Below, piece by piece: positions 26,645 through 41,199 of a stretch of DNA of 64,000 nucleotides (position 1 is its first letter; each line of letters opens with the position of its first letter). The notes under the pieces are model-generated. The model was not told the DNA's origin. It saw only the letters and a list, made by a program, of their open reading frames with translations, and ran no database searches. The stretch spans positions 1,183,294-1,247,293 of the forward strand of contig NMRA01000041.1 of NCBI GenBank assembly GCA_002633005.1. Reading direction: 5' to 3'. The position numbers were made by a program, and so were the translations under genes. This DNA is from Phoronis australis. Lineage: Eukaryota; Animalia; Phoronida.

Positions 26645-28707
26645 GGTTAATGATAGAGAATTTAGTCTTTGTTTAACAACACCATTTGCCTGGTTTAAAG
26701 CGGCATTTAATTCATGCTTTTCGTCAAAAGATAACGTAGGCATTTACCATTATCAAATTAATCTTAAATTGCCCCTTAGTCGATGCAAACTTTAGAATAG
26801 AGGTCACGATTCGGGACAATAACGACGTAACCGTAACACCGACCTGTCAAGAGTCGAATTCAAAAGCGTTTCGTGATATGTAGTCATCTTCATACTCACA
26901 GAATTTTAGAGTTGGATATCCAAGATCAATATGTGTATGTAATTTAGGCATTTTTGTAAACCCGAGTGCCCGACGAAAAACTGGTCTAACCAAACTGCGA
27001 TGACTATATAATAAAGTACTCACTTCTGGCGGTTGTTCTTAAAAACAAGTGAAATTCAAAGCAAAGGTACAACAATGTCAACCACTGTACTATGTCGACA
27101 TTGTTAAATGCAAATCGCACTTTACGAGCCTTCACTAGACAGCTTTTTAATTTTGTCATTAACGTCATGGACAGGGAGACAATAAAGTATTCACTGTACC
27201 AAAATAGTTAATTAACTATTGACATCAATTAGTTTCCAGCTGGTTTTGAAATCTTCTAATGGCTGTTTTATGGCTGATGATGTTTTATCAATTCTGATTA
27301 TTAACAGGCGCTAGTTACCGTTGGTTGCCCAGCAGACTCTCGTCAGAGGAATCTTATTTCCGCGATCTGTCTTCATCTCGCGATGCAATAAGGGCATTTA
27401 CAAATAGATATTTAATCAAGGGTCGATTTAAAGATAGCTCTCGCAGGCTATTCTTAGAATGACGGTCAGCAGTTTACTATGGTGTTCCACGATCGTCATG
27501 ATCGAGGGTTTACTCGCTCCAATCGCCTTTCAGAGTTCAGGAGATCGGTATCGTGTCAGCAAACCGAACCCAATTGTAACAAGGCCAGGCGGACACAATT
27601 ACATGAACGTGCCTCTAAATTCCAACTGCATGCACGATGCAATAAACTTCAATACCAGACATAAAGACACCAGACAGGTAAAAATTACAAAACCAGCACG
27701 TCAAAATTCCATACACCGAAAAATGCTCCAAACACGATTAGGGTCAAGTTATACGGGTTATACTCAGTTCTTGCGGCGGATATCAGAAGGCTGACAGGGC
27801 TACTAAAATTCAATAAAACTGGTGACAACGTAAGTTTTTCATATTTTATTACCACGCCAAGTGCAATCGAATAATAGAAGAACCCCTAGAGCTCCGACCA
27901 CAGAAACTGAAGCGTTTCTTGGCCAAAATGTGTTGAGGAGGGTGAACGACCAACGAAATGTTTTTAAAGTTCATAATCCAGACATTTTGATACCGTGTAA
28001 CGAACGTGTGTAGTGAAATAGAGCTGGAACACGGGGGATGATTGCAAATCAAGCAAAAACACTAGATGTGGCCTCGAAATTTTATGAAAAACTATGCTGA
28101 TAGACGTCTAATGAAAAATGAAAATGCAAAACATCATTGTTTCAAAAATTTCCTGGTCAATTTCTGTGGATCTTGAAGAACTGTATTCAAACAATCCGAA
28201 GAACGAAAAATGTCTTGGTACAAATTGTTTCACAAATGATTTTTCCATATTTTTCTGAAAAGATTTAGAGTATTCTGTTTTGGGACATATACACTAAAGC
28301 TATGAAAAATTAAAAATATCAAAAATGCAAAAAGTGGTGTTATCTCTTTAAATCATCAAATGTTCAAGTCGGAGGTCAATAACATTGCTCAACACCGTCT
28401 ATAAGTTGACATCTGGATGCATTGTAAGACGAATGAAAATAGTTCTTGAACGGTATTGCTTAAAGGAATGAGTATTGGTGCCAATACAAGACTGACCAAT
28501 GCTATCACAACATTCTGTGAAAAATGGTTTACAGGGACCTTAGTAACAGATAGACTTTGCATTGGAATTTCATCAGCAGTGTTAAATAACTCTTTAATTC
28601 CAGAGACTCGGTTTAGGTTTGAATTAAGACCGTTGATTGTCCTGTGTTTTGTCCAAAATGACTTCTTATCAATTAGATTTAAAATATTCAGGGCCTAGAG
28701 ACTTGAT

Positions 28708-28808
28708 GTCTCTCTCTCCCTCTCCCTTTCCCTCTCCTTCTCCCTCTCCCTCCCTCCCTCCCTCCCTCGCTCCCTCCCTCCTTCCCTCCCTCGCTGCCCC
28801 CTCTCTCT
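28708..28808. repeat. Polypyrimidine (CCCT/CT)n low-complexity tract
   Basis: tctctctctccctctccctttccc...ccctccctcgctccctccc. Confidence 0.9.
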
Positions 28809-29533
28809 CGCATACACTCAACGGTCACTTAATTTTCAATAACGTGAGCAAATTTAACTATCTACTTCTAAATCTATCAAATTGTCTATTTTTCGAAAAA
28901 AAATCTTTGTGAGATATTACTTCCTCAATAGGCTGACCGCTCTCAGCGTCATTTGGAGCTACACTGTACTATAGAAGTTCTGAACAAATACGTAAAGATG
29001 TCGGATTTGAGAGTGAACTATTCCAAACATGTTATACGCATGGGCAGTAAAAATGAGATGGAAATTAGAAGTGGGAATAATGAATTTTAAAATGTTGGTT
29101 ATAAATTTCAGCGTTGGCTGAATCAAAATCTTCGAAATCAACTGAAGTGAAATGATTAATGAACGCAATGAATTTGTTACAGAAGAAAAATTTCTTTTGT
29201 TGGAAAACTTACTGCAGTAAAGACGATAATTGTGGCAACAAGCATTCAAGTACTGACAGCTCCGTTTATGTTTTTATGAATAGAACACAAACATATTAAA
29301 TGTTTGTTTGGATAAAAAAGTTGAGGGAGCGACAATACAATTAAAACTGACTATGAAGTGCTAGCGAAATGATAGCTATGAAATATTTTAATAGGTACTT
29401 ACTCCAAAGAAACCATCTCTAACGAGTGCTGAACAAGATTATATTACCTGGAAAAGATTATCATTACACAAGGTGATGATATTTAAAAAGGCGTATGAAT
29501 AAAAAACGCTGTTTAGTATTGATAATACTTTAA

Positions 29534-30071
29534 AGAGGCCTGGAACGTGATGAAAAGACTAAATTGCAATATTGAAAGTGGTTCTCTCTCTCAGTGAAAC
29601 AGAATTCAACCCGCTTACCAGGTATTTTAAGAGTTTTTTTGTAAAGATTTTTCAATTTCTGTTGATATCAAAACATTTTCTTTTAGTTTCAAATTTAAAA
29701 AAACGATCTGTCAACTGCTCGACACTTCGTCGATTTTCTGCCGCAAGGCAAAGCTCGTCTCCATATTTTTTATGGCAAGACATGAACGTAGCATATTTCC
29801 CTTTTATGAATAATGTGATCTCTGACCTCAGGCGACTTCAATCAACTGACTGTGAGCGCATTTATCATAAGTGTGAGGGAGATTACAAACGTTGTGGTAA
29901 CCACAGAGTTTTTCCTTCGTGCCTATTTCAAAAATCGCGAATTTTGTGATTTTTCTGGAAATTTCCACACAGGGGAAAGAGAATTAGTCCGTACTAGAAG
30001 TTACGAGATGGTACTTTCGTCAGGAATTGTTTAAAAGATATTTTTGTCGGGCTTCCGCGTTCCATGCCTCT
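29534..30071 (+). mobile_element. Kolobok-like non-autonomous element, complete copy (538 bp) with TTAA TSD
   Basis: TTAA|AGAGGCCTGGAACG ... CGTTCCATGCCTCT|TTAA (13/14 TIR match). TTAA TSD with RR..YY termini is the Kolobok signature, whereas piggyBac typically starts CC. Confidence 0.88.
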
Positions 30072-33000
30072 TTAAAGATACTATTTCTTTCACGTTCACC
30101 AATGCAGAACACAGAGTGAGTTTGGTCACTCAGAACATGTCAATAAGATAGTTTTAAAATTTCGTAACTTTCAGCCTTGTTTTTGTTTGCCTTATTTTAC
30201 TATTACTTATTTTATTTTTTTAAAGTTTTCGCGGAAACCTCATTACTATTTCGCCAGTTGAGTGAGTGCTCACACTGAGTGAGTCAGCTGTCACTCACTA
30301 CCGCGGCCATTTTAGGTGGAAGTGCACCACTAAATGTAAATTAAACTCGGACTGTCATCTAAAATTCAGTTAAGTTTCAAAGCATTTGGAGTTGTGGTGA
30401 ATAAGCATTACCTGGATTTAAGTTTAGAGTGAACTATCATTGGTTAAAATATCCATTTTAAGACGTTTTTTATTGAAAATGAAACAAAAAAGTACCTTTC
30501 AAAAATATAATTACACACTAACTGTTCCCTGATGGACTCCATGAGCACGAGAACAACACCATTACACAAAGATCTACCACATAAAAAGACATAAGAAACA
30601 ACAGTGCAGTTCATTATTGATAATATTTTAAATTGCATGTGTGTAAAAGATTTTATGAAATTATTTGCGAGGACAAACGTTTCTTCTACTTTGAAAAGAT
30701 TCTCAAAAATGTTGCAGCTTTACAAGCGATGGCTGGAGAAAGTTTTTCTTCCTTCCTTTCATAGACAGTTTTTATTTAAAAGCAAGTGCAATCACAATTG
30801 GTGGACTCGTGATATGGGTACCTTCTGTTAGTTACAAAGTGAGACAGTAAGTTTGTCCCACTTTTTATTTAGAGGTGTATTCGTAAACACGGAAACAAAT
30901 CTGTGATTGCTTACGTTTGGGTCACCAATAACGCGAATTTGTCGGGTTTTGATATTTGGACGTATGAAGATATATTCGGTGACAAGTAAAATGAAGAACA
31001 AAACGGAAAATGTGCTGAAAATGAGTAGGTAGGACGCACTGAAGGCCTTTAATAAAACGTTGTACTCTGCAAGTACATGTAAACTCAATGCCGCACAAGC
31101 ATAGAGTAGCAAAATGGCCACCGACGTGATACGGCGAGAACGGACTCGTGGGTACCCAAACTATAGCCATCAGGCAAAGTTTTAATTTTAGCCCTCATAC
31201 CGCCAAACATAATGATTATTCTAACAATGAATGGAACAAGCGACAAAGAAAAAACAGAGGGTGTGAATGAAAACGTTGCAGCTTCCAGGATTTTCAGGTC
31301 GCTGAGGCAAAAGTGTAACATTTCTTTCCCAGTGAACGTACAAGAGGAAAAGTGTCTCTAGTGAGAGCTCATTGAGCTGGTAGTGCGACCAATTCCTAAA
31401 GAATCATCTCCAGTTTACTATCGCTTTCAATTCCAAATCTTTAATCGAAACTGATCTCCGTGTGAGACAAACTGCAAACAAGGATCGCGTGCTTCTTTGT
31501 TACACCTTGGATGCGTGAGCAAACGATCTTTCCTGTTTTTGAGATTCGACAACAGCTGACTGAAAACTAAAATAACACACCGTTACTCACTTGGGTAATG
31601 CATAGCTATCACAGAACGTACTCCAGAAATGCTAACAATGCCTGGGTCAAACTTATGACTTTATTAGTTCTACTGAGTGTACATACCACTGCTGAAGTTT
31701 GAAGTGTTATGCGCTGTTTAAGTATTACTATTACTTAGGGACAGCACGTTTCGCACCGTGGCGAGAGTAGATTAATGCATTGGACCGTAGAATAATGCAG
31801 CTTAACAGTTTTTGTTTTCTATGATTATATTGTGGTCGTAATGGAGTTCATGGGTAATCGCTTCACCACATGTATCGTACTTGAGAGTAAGTTATTTTTG
31901 ACGCTTCTGAATGTAGCGCTCAATATAACTTTAAATAAAGCTTGTAGACACGTGTTCGTATACCATACGCATAGTTGATTGACTTTAAGTTCGGCGAGTT
32001 CGCGCTGAGGCAAATCTAAAAAATACACTTCTCGCCGATGACGTTCCTTTAACTTGTACAGATGACAAAGAAGAAAAAATTTCATTATAGTTAAGTCGAA
32101 CAAGGGATTGGTCTGAACGCAGCTTCATTTGGCTCATTGAGTTATACATGTAAGTACTCGTACTATCAAACCTACTGTCTCCTACTTGCCTTTTGCCGGC
32201 TGTGATTGCGTGCACGCTAGCCGGCGCGCCCAGTAGTGTCGGTTGTTTGTCAATGATAAATCGATGAAAAACATGTTTATTTTCTGGCCTGAGGTAAAAT
32301 AAGATAAACAAATTCCAATGATTACCTGATTAACCCCCACACCCTATATTTATATTCTCTTTAGGTTCTTTCTGAAACGTCTATTTAACGAAGTAACTTT
32401 GCGTTCACATAGAGTCCCCCCAGGAGATCTTCTGGAAACAAATGCTGGAGCTCTTTTGGAATCTTGTGTGGACCACCAGTAACATCCTCATTCTACCAGG
32501 GACTTTTAAGGTATATGTAGGTTTCACTATGTTGAAAGCTTGACTACAAGAAAAAGACGACAGTTCTGTTGACAAGAGGAGTACTTGAAATATTATAAGT
32601 GTCGTTTTAAAGATCAAAATTTGAGAAAATATTGCCATCTTGTCCCCTTTTTCACATGCCAGTAAATCATGCCTTTGCGAACATTGCCCTGACGAATACC
32701 CCATGGACATGTAATCTTGGTGGGGACTCTTTCGCAACTCCCCGGTAGTCGGTAATAAACGTTGCTGGCGTCAAAATAAATCAATAGCGTCGGAAACAAA
32801 TAATCACAATGGGAATACAGCTTTAAAAACAAGTACCTAATGAAATTGTTCCCTATAACGTGCGGTTTGTTTACATCATTGTATTCGAGACGTCACTGCC
32901 ACTTCGTTTGTGACTTCCAGCAAACAAGCTAACAAGCAAACACTGGATGTCACGATTTGACTTCTAGCTCAACTTCAGCCCTACATTTTCGATATCAGAA

Positions 33001-34634
33001 CGTCGCCTTGGTGTCATTGCGTTGTCCATTAAAACAGCACTGAACACCGATATTTTTCTCCACGAAATGAGGCCAATTCAAGTAATTTGATGGTAAATTT
33101 TTCGGAATTACTCCCCAGCACATGTTCGACCTGGTGAGTGATATCTGAAGATCGGAGACTCTTTTAGAAAAACGTAAATTCTGCGTCTCGTTTATTTGTA
33201 CCGGTAAATGCAACCCCAGGCTAAATTAGCATATTTGCACGTGCATGCCGAGTGTCCCATTGGCAGGGGACGGTGAACAGAAACAATGCACACAGGATGG
33301 GACCAAACAATGAGATTTCTGGAGTCGCTGATGGTTCAATGTCATTGCTGGTAACAGAAATAAAATACCATCATGGAAAGGAACAGTATGAAACCGAGTA
33401 AATGACCTAATTTTTCCTTTTAAACTAGCTAATAAGAAATAACCAAAAAAGCATTAAATTTGAAGCCACGAAATTCAAAACATTAGACCTTTGTTGAATC
33501 GCATGAGTAATGAAAAATGAACGAGAAGAAAGGAATGTAACACATTCACCTTTTTGGATCTTGCAAAGAAATTTGCTACTACCACAAAACCTTAGAAAAT
33601 CCCTTTTATTGTTTGCCGTCATATGTAACCTCGTTAGTTTTACGAATTAAAAACTGTGGACATGCATTTAATTGTTACATTTGGTTCAGTGATAACAATC
33701 CGTCAGTTAAGCGAGACATGCCTCGTACCTCTCATTATTTCGCCGGCGGCAAATGCAACGTCATCTTTTTACGTCACACGTATGAGTGAGGAAATGAACA
33801 GATGTTATTAGATTGGATTCTGTTATGACGTAAACTGGACATTTTGCAAGTTTAGTAACTTAGTTATCTACCACGATGAAAGCAGATTGAGTGACAACAC
33901 GCACTATTGCCGGAGATGATGATGATACAGGTTATTGTTAACAACTAAAATGGAAATAATTACTTAGGCGTCATACATGGACCGGATGTTTTGTTAGGGG
34001 TCTTTGAATTTGCGAGATTTTTTGTGCCTCACATCACGAAAAATATTGCGCCAGTTATGGCCAGTACAAAACATAAGTTAAAAATGTTGCAAACGTGACC
34101 CACTGGTCATACCCATTCGGAACACCTCTGATATTTTAGTAGTCTCAAAATTTTGGTCACACAGGTCCGCCTGTGAGAAACAAAAAGTCCGAGAAAATGA
34201 GACAAAAAGTCTGCTAAACAAGCACAAACCCGCAATTCACAGTGGTGAGTCCGTTTTTTTTAGACCGCCGGCTGTTTTGTTACCAAAGGTCCACAACGTT
34301 AAGAACTCGAGCCTCCCATATTGAAGGCTGGGTGCGCGCATGCCATACTAAGTTACGATTTGACTTGTCATTTGTATCTCTCATTTTATGCAAATGTTTC
34401 TGAGACGATTATCTAGTCGATTACTGGTCAGCGATGAATTGCACGCTGTTAGTTTTAAGATCACCTATGAGAGCCGAAAATATGAACACCAATGCGATGT
34501 GCATCAAAGTAAAGAGATGCTTCAAAGACTTTATGAGCAGTAGACATGGTGGTGATCCCAACTGGCATTTATTATCTGGATTATGAAGGACTTGAGATAC
34601 GCCAGTTAAGCGGGGTTGGAAAATCATGCATTTT

Positions 34635-34892
34635 GAGAGCAGCTCTATTTCACACAGCGCTTCGCTTATAGTTTTTTGAATTCGCAACAGGTGGCGAAAA
34701 TGTATGCTCGCTTACGTCAAAACCCGACATAATTTCTGTGTATGTTAAGACCGAAGACTAGAAACGTACTTCGTGTTCATGAAACGTTCTTTTCTGAATT
34801 TTCGTCTTCACTTTGCTCGATTTTCGTCCTAATTCAAACAAATATTTGGTCGTAAGTCGTTAGTCTAAGTCATTTTTCATGAAACGACCCCG
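34635..34892 (+). mobile_element. Dispersed repeat (family C), copy 2
   Basis: Colinear with ~23365-23625; ends TTCATGAAACGACCCCG. Confidence 0.7.
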
Positions 34893-35491
34893 TTGTGATT
34901 TAACATGCAACAATTGTCGCATTCGCATTAATAAAATTCCCTGCAACTCTGCTGATGCACGTGAAATGTGGTGTTCTCAGAACACTGTTCAATGTGCAAA
35001 CTACAGTGTTGATCAACATGCTCTGATCTGAGTGTTGCGAAAAATATTTTTGTAGCTATTTATCACTTTTTTGTATGTTGAACGCTTAACTTTAGTAGCA
35101 GGGTGATCACAAAAACATAAAAAAAAACAACAACGGTGTAATCTTTTCTACAGAAGACAAATCGCTAAAATCCGAGGTTCTCAAAACTCAAAAGAGAACG
35201 TTTACCTGCGCTTGACGTATGATAATTACTAAGTGAGAACTACAATCAAAACCGTTAAAAGATAAAACTGTCAACGCCTGCACCACGGAATTAGTCTCTT
35301 TTCAAAACGATTTCATTCATTAATTGAATTAGACGTGGCTCTTCAGATACCATATAATTTTCACATTTTGCCGGACTGGATTAGTCAGTAGTTACTGAAA
35401 CATCTGACCCCTACATTTTGCAGATTTTCGTTGGAAAAGACCAAACTACAAATAAGGAAATTCTTGAATATATTAAAGTTGTGTGTATAAT

Positions 35492-35670
35492 TATATGTTG
35501 TTCAATAAGGCGCGAAAATATGTTGCGAACATTTTGTCCCGTCAGCACGACGTCTTTTTGTTGACATTACGTGACCTAATGAATATAAGTCCGAAAAGAT
35601 TTCTGTCCCCGAACTCGAACCCAGGACCTTCTGCTAACCGCGCAGACGCTCTAGAAATTGAGACATAGGA
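35492..35670 (-). mobile_element. tRNA-derived SINE-like element
   Basis: Minus strand reads TCCTATGTCTCAATTTCTAGAGCGTCTGCGCGGTTAGCAGAAGGTCCTGGGTTCGAGTTC (degenerate A box, B box GGTTCGAGT), followed by a body TTTTCGGACTTATATTCATTAGGTCACGT... shared with 61757-61860. Confidence 0.75.
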
Positions 35671-35722
35671 CTGAGGCATGGTGTCAAATCCCTTTAAAAT
35701 GTAATATGCGATGGATATTTGA

Positions 35723-36419
35723 CGGTGTCGCCTGTAATACTGCACCCATGAAATAGTGTATTGAAGTACCCGGTTGCGCATGCGTTGTTTGGGGTGCAAT
35801 ATTTCCGGCGTCTTCGGCGTGAAATACTGTACCCCTAAATAGCATACCTCAGGTACTCTGACGTCGCCCGACGACAGGTTTCCACTTGTTTGCATCGCAT
35901 GTTTGATGTTTATTCGAGAATGTGTCAATATTTAGTCAGTATGCCTATTGCCCAATATCATTTATAGTCGTGATTGAAACAGTAGCCTGATCACCTGACT
36001 CTAGCTCCACTGTGAGTTTAACAGTAATGACAAACATTATAGATTTAATTATAAATGAACAGTACACGTTTCCTAACTGTTCTCCATGATACATAACGTT
36101 TAGGAACTAAAACGTAACGAGAACTTGGAATCTTGCCGGGGAACTTGCCTTATTTCATGGGATTACTGCCATTAGGTATGATGCGTGAGATGATGTTCCC
36201 AGCAAAGACAAATGATATTCAGTATACATCATGTAGCTTACAGGAAAGTTACTAAATCCAAATAAAATGCATCTCAAAAAGTACTGTAATGCGCTTGTCA
36301 ATTCGTAAAGATTAAATCGCTACCTACGCCATTTCCTGCCGTTTTACGATGTCAAATCTGCGCATGCACAATGTCGTTCGGTACACTATTTCACGGGTAC
36401 AGTATTTCATGCGACAATG
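35723..36419. mobile_element. Non-autonomous element with TIRs composed of 16-bp subunits (MuDR/Rehavkus-like architecture)
   Basis: TGTCGCCTGTAATACTGCACCCATGAAATAGTGTA matches the reverse complement of TACACTATTTCACGGGTACAGTATTTCATGCGACA; an extra subunit GTGAAATACTGTACCC lies at ~35819. Confidence 0.65.
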
Positions 36420-37194
36420 GCACGCACAGATGACCAAGGCCATTTGCAACCGTTTGGGAAGATAATGGGCGTCCTAATACTGCAACTGTGATGTAGACGG
36501 CCATGTAATTAGTACACGAAACTTAACGTTGACAACTGATCTGCTTGATAATATATAATGCAAAACGGGTTTTTTGTAATTTATTTATAGCTGATTAGCA
36601 ATGATGCCTAAAATCAATATCAACGTGTTATCAAGTGGCATGTCATTTCATCTGCAGAAGGCTGGTTAATCACTTTTTTTACTAATTCAACGTAATGTAG
36701 TTTCATATTCCTGTAACAGTTTCCATTCATTATGTTAACAGCAGACAGACAATACCAGCCTCTGGCACGAAGAGGCTAAATAAGAATATCAGGTTTTACT
36801 TTTCCTTAAATATGCGCACCACGTTTCTCATTAAAACCTCGAATATGGAAATGTTGAAGTCGACAACTTTGTGAATTCCTGGATAATTAGGCCTATAGCA
36901 TGTGTCAAAACTATAATCCGGAAAATAAACATTTCAAACATAGCCGTGCGTGGCATGAAAATTGCAAACATTACGACTGGAAAACGTACTGCAGATTCGT
37001 TTCAGATGTCAAGCAGTGCGCAATGCTAAGGTAGTCGTTTGATAAACGAAAACTTAAATTGGTCCTTTCGGATAACGACAAAATCAGCTCTGGTTGAGTT
37101 GGGCGTTTCCGAGGAGTCCCGTGTCATTTCAAGAAGTATGTATGGGATAGGGATGGGAGCACATCCTCAAATCCTCAGAATTTGCATTACTAGA

Positions 37195-37343
37195 CAGTGG
37201 CGGATTTAGAGGGGGGCCAAGGGGACCATGCCCAACATAATATTCTCCCAGATTCGAATGTGCGAATGTCTTATGGGCAAAATCTCGGCTAATACTCTGC
37301 CCTGCTCCCCCCCCACCAACTCAGAATCCTGGATCCGCCCCTG
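37195..37343. mobile_element. hAT-type MITE (149 bp) flanked by CTAGA direct repeat
   Basis: CTAGA|CAGTGGCGGATTTAG...CTGGATCCGCCCCTG|CTAGA, with G-run/C-run subterminal tracts. Confidence 0.8.
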
Positions 37344-40300
37344 CTAGAGACGTCAAATTGATCAGTGTCGAAATTCGCAGAAAGCGCAAATATGTTGTCA
37401 TCGCAGGCGATTTGCACAATTTCAAAATGGACATAATGGGAAACAGATATTGCAGGATTCCAAACATTAGTTTGTAACGCATCTGTGCAACATACAATGC
37501 GCAAGTACTCCAATGCACGACACGTCAATCAGTTTCACAAGGAACACTATAATTGCTCGTCTTAAACGTTTATGAGAGAGTATTCCATGTACTTAGTTTT
37601 ACAGGAATAGCAAGCACTAACGCCACACAACAATAGATTAATTAGATCTGAAGACTAAGGTAGTGTAGCTGTGGTGTCTCAATAATGGCTCTCTTACGCC
37701 TGAAACTGACAGGCGCAATTGCGAATGGGGACAGCGAATTAGACTACAAGAAGGTAGGGCTAATGCCTCAAGGGACCCCGGCCATGAAATGCCTCATTAA
37801 AAAATTATCATGGTTACATTCCGCAGGGCGGTTCGCGCGAAAAAAGAGACATCACACTATTCTTCACGGGATGTCATACATCACAAGCGAAGCATGTGAT
37901 CACATCAGCTTTTCGCGCGAGTGACATGCGTCTACGGAACGCGCTCCAGGTAATCATGTGAGACCCTTGTCCAACGAACGTCTCCGTGCTGATGAACTGC
38001 TTTCTGCTCTCAATCTATTCATGTTAAAAAGCAAGTAAACTAGCTTATCAAAAAGAGGGGCATTTCCACTGTCACCAATTATGTAGTATCTCATTAAAGT
38101 CTATGGTTGTGTTTTAGATAAGTTGCTATTTTTAGCTTAACGATGTCAACAAACCTGCAGGCGTCCTATTCCAAATAGGACCCCTATAGATTTCTTGTCT
38201 CGTCATCGTTATGCTATTTTTAGTTTAACCCAGTTACGGAATAATTTGCAGTTCGTTATTTCCCGAGGGAATTCATAAATTGTCATATCACGGAGTTTTT
38301 TGGGAAGAAATAAACTTTTAGTCCTTCCCGACTCCCAATGTATCTTTTAAAGTGAGAAAATAACAAGATTAATCCAATTTTTCGTTAAATGAATGGAAAC
38401 TCTTTTTTGACAAAAATCACGACTTCAATGCCGCTTTACGCTTAAGCCAGCCGTGAGGTGGTGCGACAACTATCAGGTTGAATTAGGAACGAAACTTCTT
38501 CATTTCTTACGCGTAAAACTTGCCTGCGTGCAGTTGGGGTCGAGTTCCTTAAACCAAGTTTCCCTTGGGCGAAACAGAAGAGATCACCTCAGTCTTTCGC
38601 GAGATATTTCCATGCTTTACAAGCGAAGTGCGTGTTCACACTGAATTAATTCCTCGAGCGAGTCTTACGTTTACGCAACTTTGCACCGATTGTTGCAGAC
38701 GATAGCAAAACAGAACGTGTATATGTCGCAAAGCATTGTGTGAAAATAGACGCAATGGTACAGTACGTAATGACTGCGATTTCAAAACGCAGGTAATACC
38801 TCCAACAACGCATGAACTACCTGATGAACGCAAGTGCTTGAGTTTATCTGTTCCTCGGTAACCACTGACGTCAGTCACTACATCATAAAACATAAAGGCT
38901 GGACACTAAAAATCGGTTTGCCCAAAATTGTCTACTCAAGTGTGCATAGAACTCCACGAAAAAAGCATCGAACAAATCTTGAATACCTTCTATCAACTGA
39001 TCACTTCAAATTGCCTTCGAGTGGTAATTTGACGACAAAAATGTGAAGAAACGACAAAATCACTAATTCAAGGACCTAATCTTGTGACGTAAAACGTTCA
39101 TAGCAGACGACCTTAAAGCATCCGGGTTTTTGGCGGACGCTACTGAAGCAATTTCGAATCTCTATTTTGCGCGCCTACGAATGTTATTTGGGCACCTTTC
39201 ACATAACTGAGTATCAGTTTGAATGTATTTAAACTCTGGTTACTTAAAACAACGTTAATTATAACCGATACCACGGATTGCTGTCTACTAACGTTGGACT
39301 TAGTACTGCTAAATCCGGCAGTTGCCGATAGGTGATTTACCGCGACTAAACGTGTGGTCAGAAATCGGAAATCTCCGCCAAAAACCGAGTGTTCGTTGTG
39401 CTTCAACAAAGAGTAGCACATAATGTCAAGATCAAACACAAGATAAGCGGTTCTTCGGGGGTTGCTTGCTCAAAGTTCGACAGGTATACAAGTTAAAGCA
39501 CAACTGAAATCCGCCATGTTAACTATTTAGGTCCTTGCTTTGAAAATTCTGTCACCAATTCACCTTCTACAAGGACAATTCAATAGGATCAAGGAAGATA
39601 AGGCGGTTTATGCACGCAAATTTTATTTGGATTTGGGACAGTTGAATTTGGGAGCATCGACTTTGCAAAGTTTTAGAGTATAACCTTTATTTTTGTATGT
39701 GGTTATGAGTCATCAGGATATTCGAGCGCCTGCGGTTATGGAGAGCAAATTTTAAAGGGGCTCAATACAAGAATTCGATCTACTGCGGATATTTTCCCAA
39801 AAAACATTCATGTTTCTGGAACGCTTCTCTCCATAGTACAAGACATGACTAATAGTGCGTGTGTATCCGATTTTTACATACACTGAATATTGAATAATGG
39901 AATGAAATTGGACGCATCACCGAGGTAGTTACGGAGGTGTTCCAAATGTGTAAGCGCAGTTTTCTCTAAAGGTGGCAGCCCACGCCCATTATTCACTAAA
40001 GCCTCAAGCTTATATCTAATTTTGGAAGAGGTGCTTTTAGGTTCGTGTGAGATGAATGCTAGGATCGAGGTGCTTCTTACAGAAAAAATAAGTTATGAAA
40101 TTATTTGTGTTTGATAATTGGGATCTGCATACTTTTGTCTCTAGGATCACTGTGAGCGTTAGTCGTGTGTTTGCTATGGACTAAGATTGTTTCTCGTCGT
40201 GTTTTCTTAAGTTAGAGATCGATATGTTAATGACAGTTGCCGCAAGCTATTGTCATTATTTACTAGTGATTTTGGAAACCTTAGGCATGAGGACTCTAAA

Positions 40301-41199
40301 TTTAGGCTTGAAAGGTAAAGCTTTTCCTACATTACCTACGATGCCTTAGTGAACCAAATGCATCACCAATGCCTAATCCAAGGCAACCTCTCATTGGCTC
40401 ATTCAAATACTAAAGTACCATCCACATTTTGGATTGGTTAACATTGGCGAGAACGCTCTAAAAATAAACATCTAACTAAACAATGTCTAGTTCGTATAAG
40501 AAATGAAATGAAATAACGAGATGGGGAACGGAGTATTGTTGAAATATGCAAGTACTGTTGAGCGAGCTGTGATGTAGTGTAAAAAGGGAGAGGTGTTTCC
40601 ATAACATATTTAACTCCTGCTTGAAGGCGGGTGTTGAATATGGCGAGAAAATGAACAATGGTTTTTAACTTGCACCAATGTATTCGCGCCTACTGAAGCC
40701 TGATTGAAACTCAGTGTATATTGTAATCAATACACTCAACGCTCTTCTGGCGCAATAGAAGATGCTGCAGTTTGGCAAGGGCGCATTCTCCTGTGAAATG
40801 AAAATGTTCAAGACGCCATAATCTTTTAACACAGGCATGCGCAGAGGTGTCCACACCAGAAATTCCTGGTGTCATGGAGTTGACATTCGGCGCAATTATC
40901 ATAACATGAGGGCGTTGCAAAAGAACGTGTGCTTTTATCTCCGTCGGCGTATCCGCATCGGTTATGACCTGACGTTTTCTAAGTTAGTACATGAAGGTAT
41001 GGTTCTGAGTCAGTGGCTTACCAACTGTATGGTGGGTGACACCCAGGACGAAGATTCTTCAGTGGTGTCACCTCTCACCAAACCAACCCACCCACCCGTA
41101 CACCCACTCAGCCCCTCCATTGTTTAAGAATTTACATACTAGAAATAGTGCCTGCACATGTACACGATAGACCCACGTCTGACGACTGCTCTCCTACCG

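Noticed and set aside
29572-30034. ORFs similar to 5318-5500, suggesting a duplicated small gene
   Set aside because: Both lie in copies of the same non-autonomous element; frames are not conserved and no domain is recognisable.
35600-35670. tRNA gene
   Set aside because: A box and acceptor stem are degenerate and the head is fused to a repeated body; it is SINE-like, not a functional tRNA.
40665-40950. ADGDKST translation on the minus strand resembling a DGDS transposase motif
   Set aside because: No supporting downstream C/H motif or extended frame seen; could be chance.
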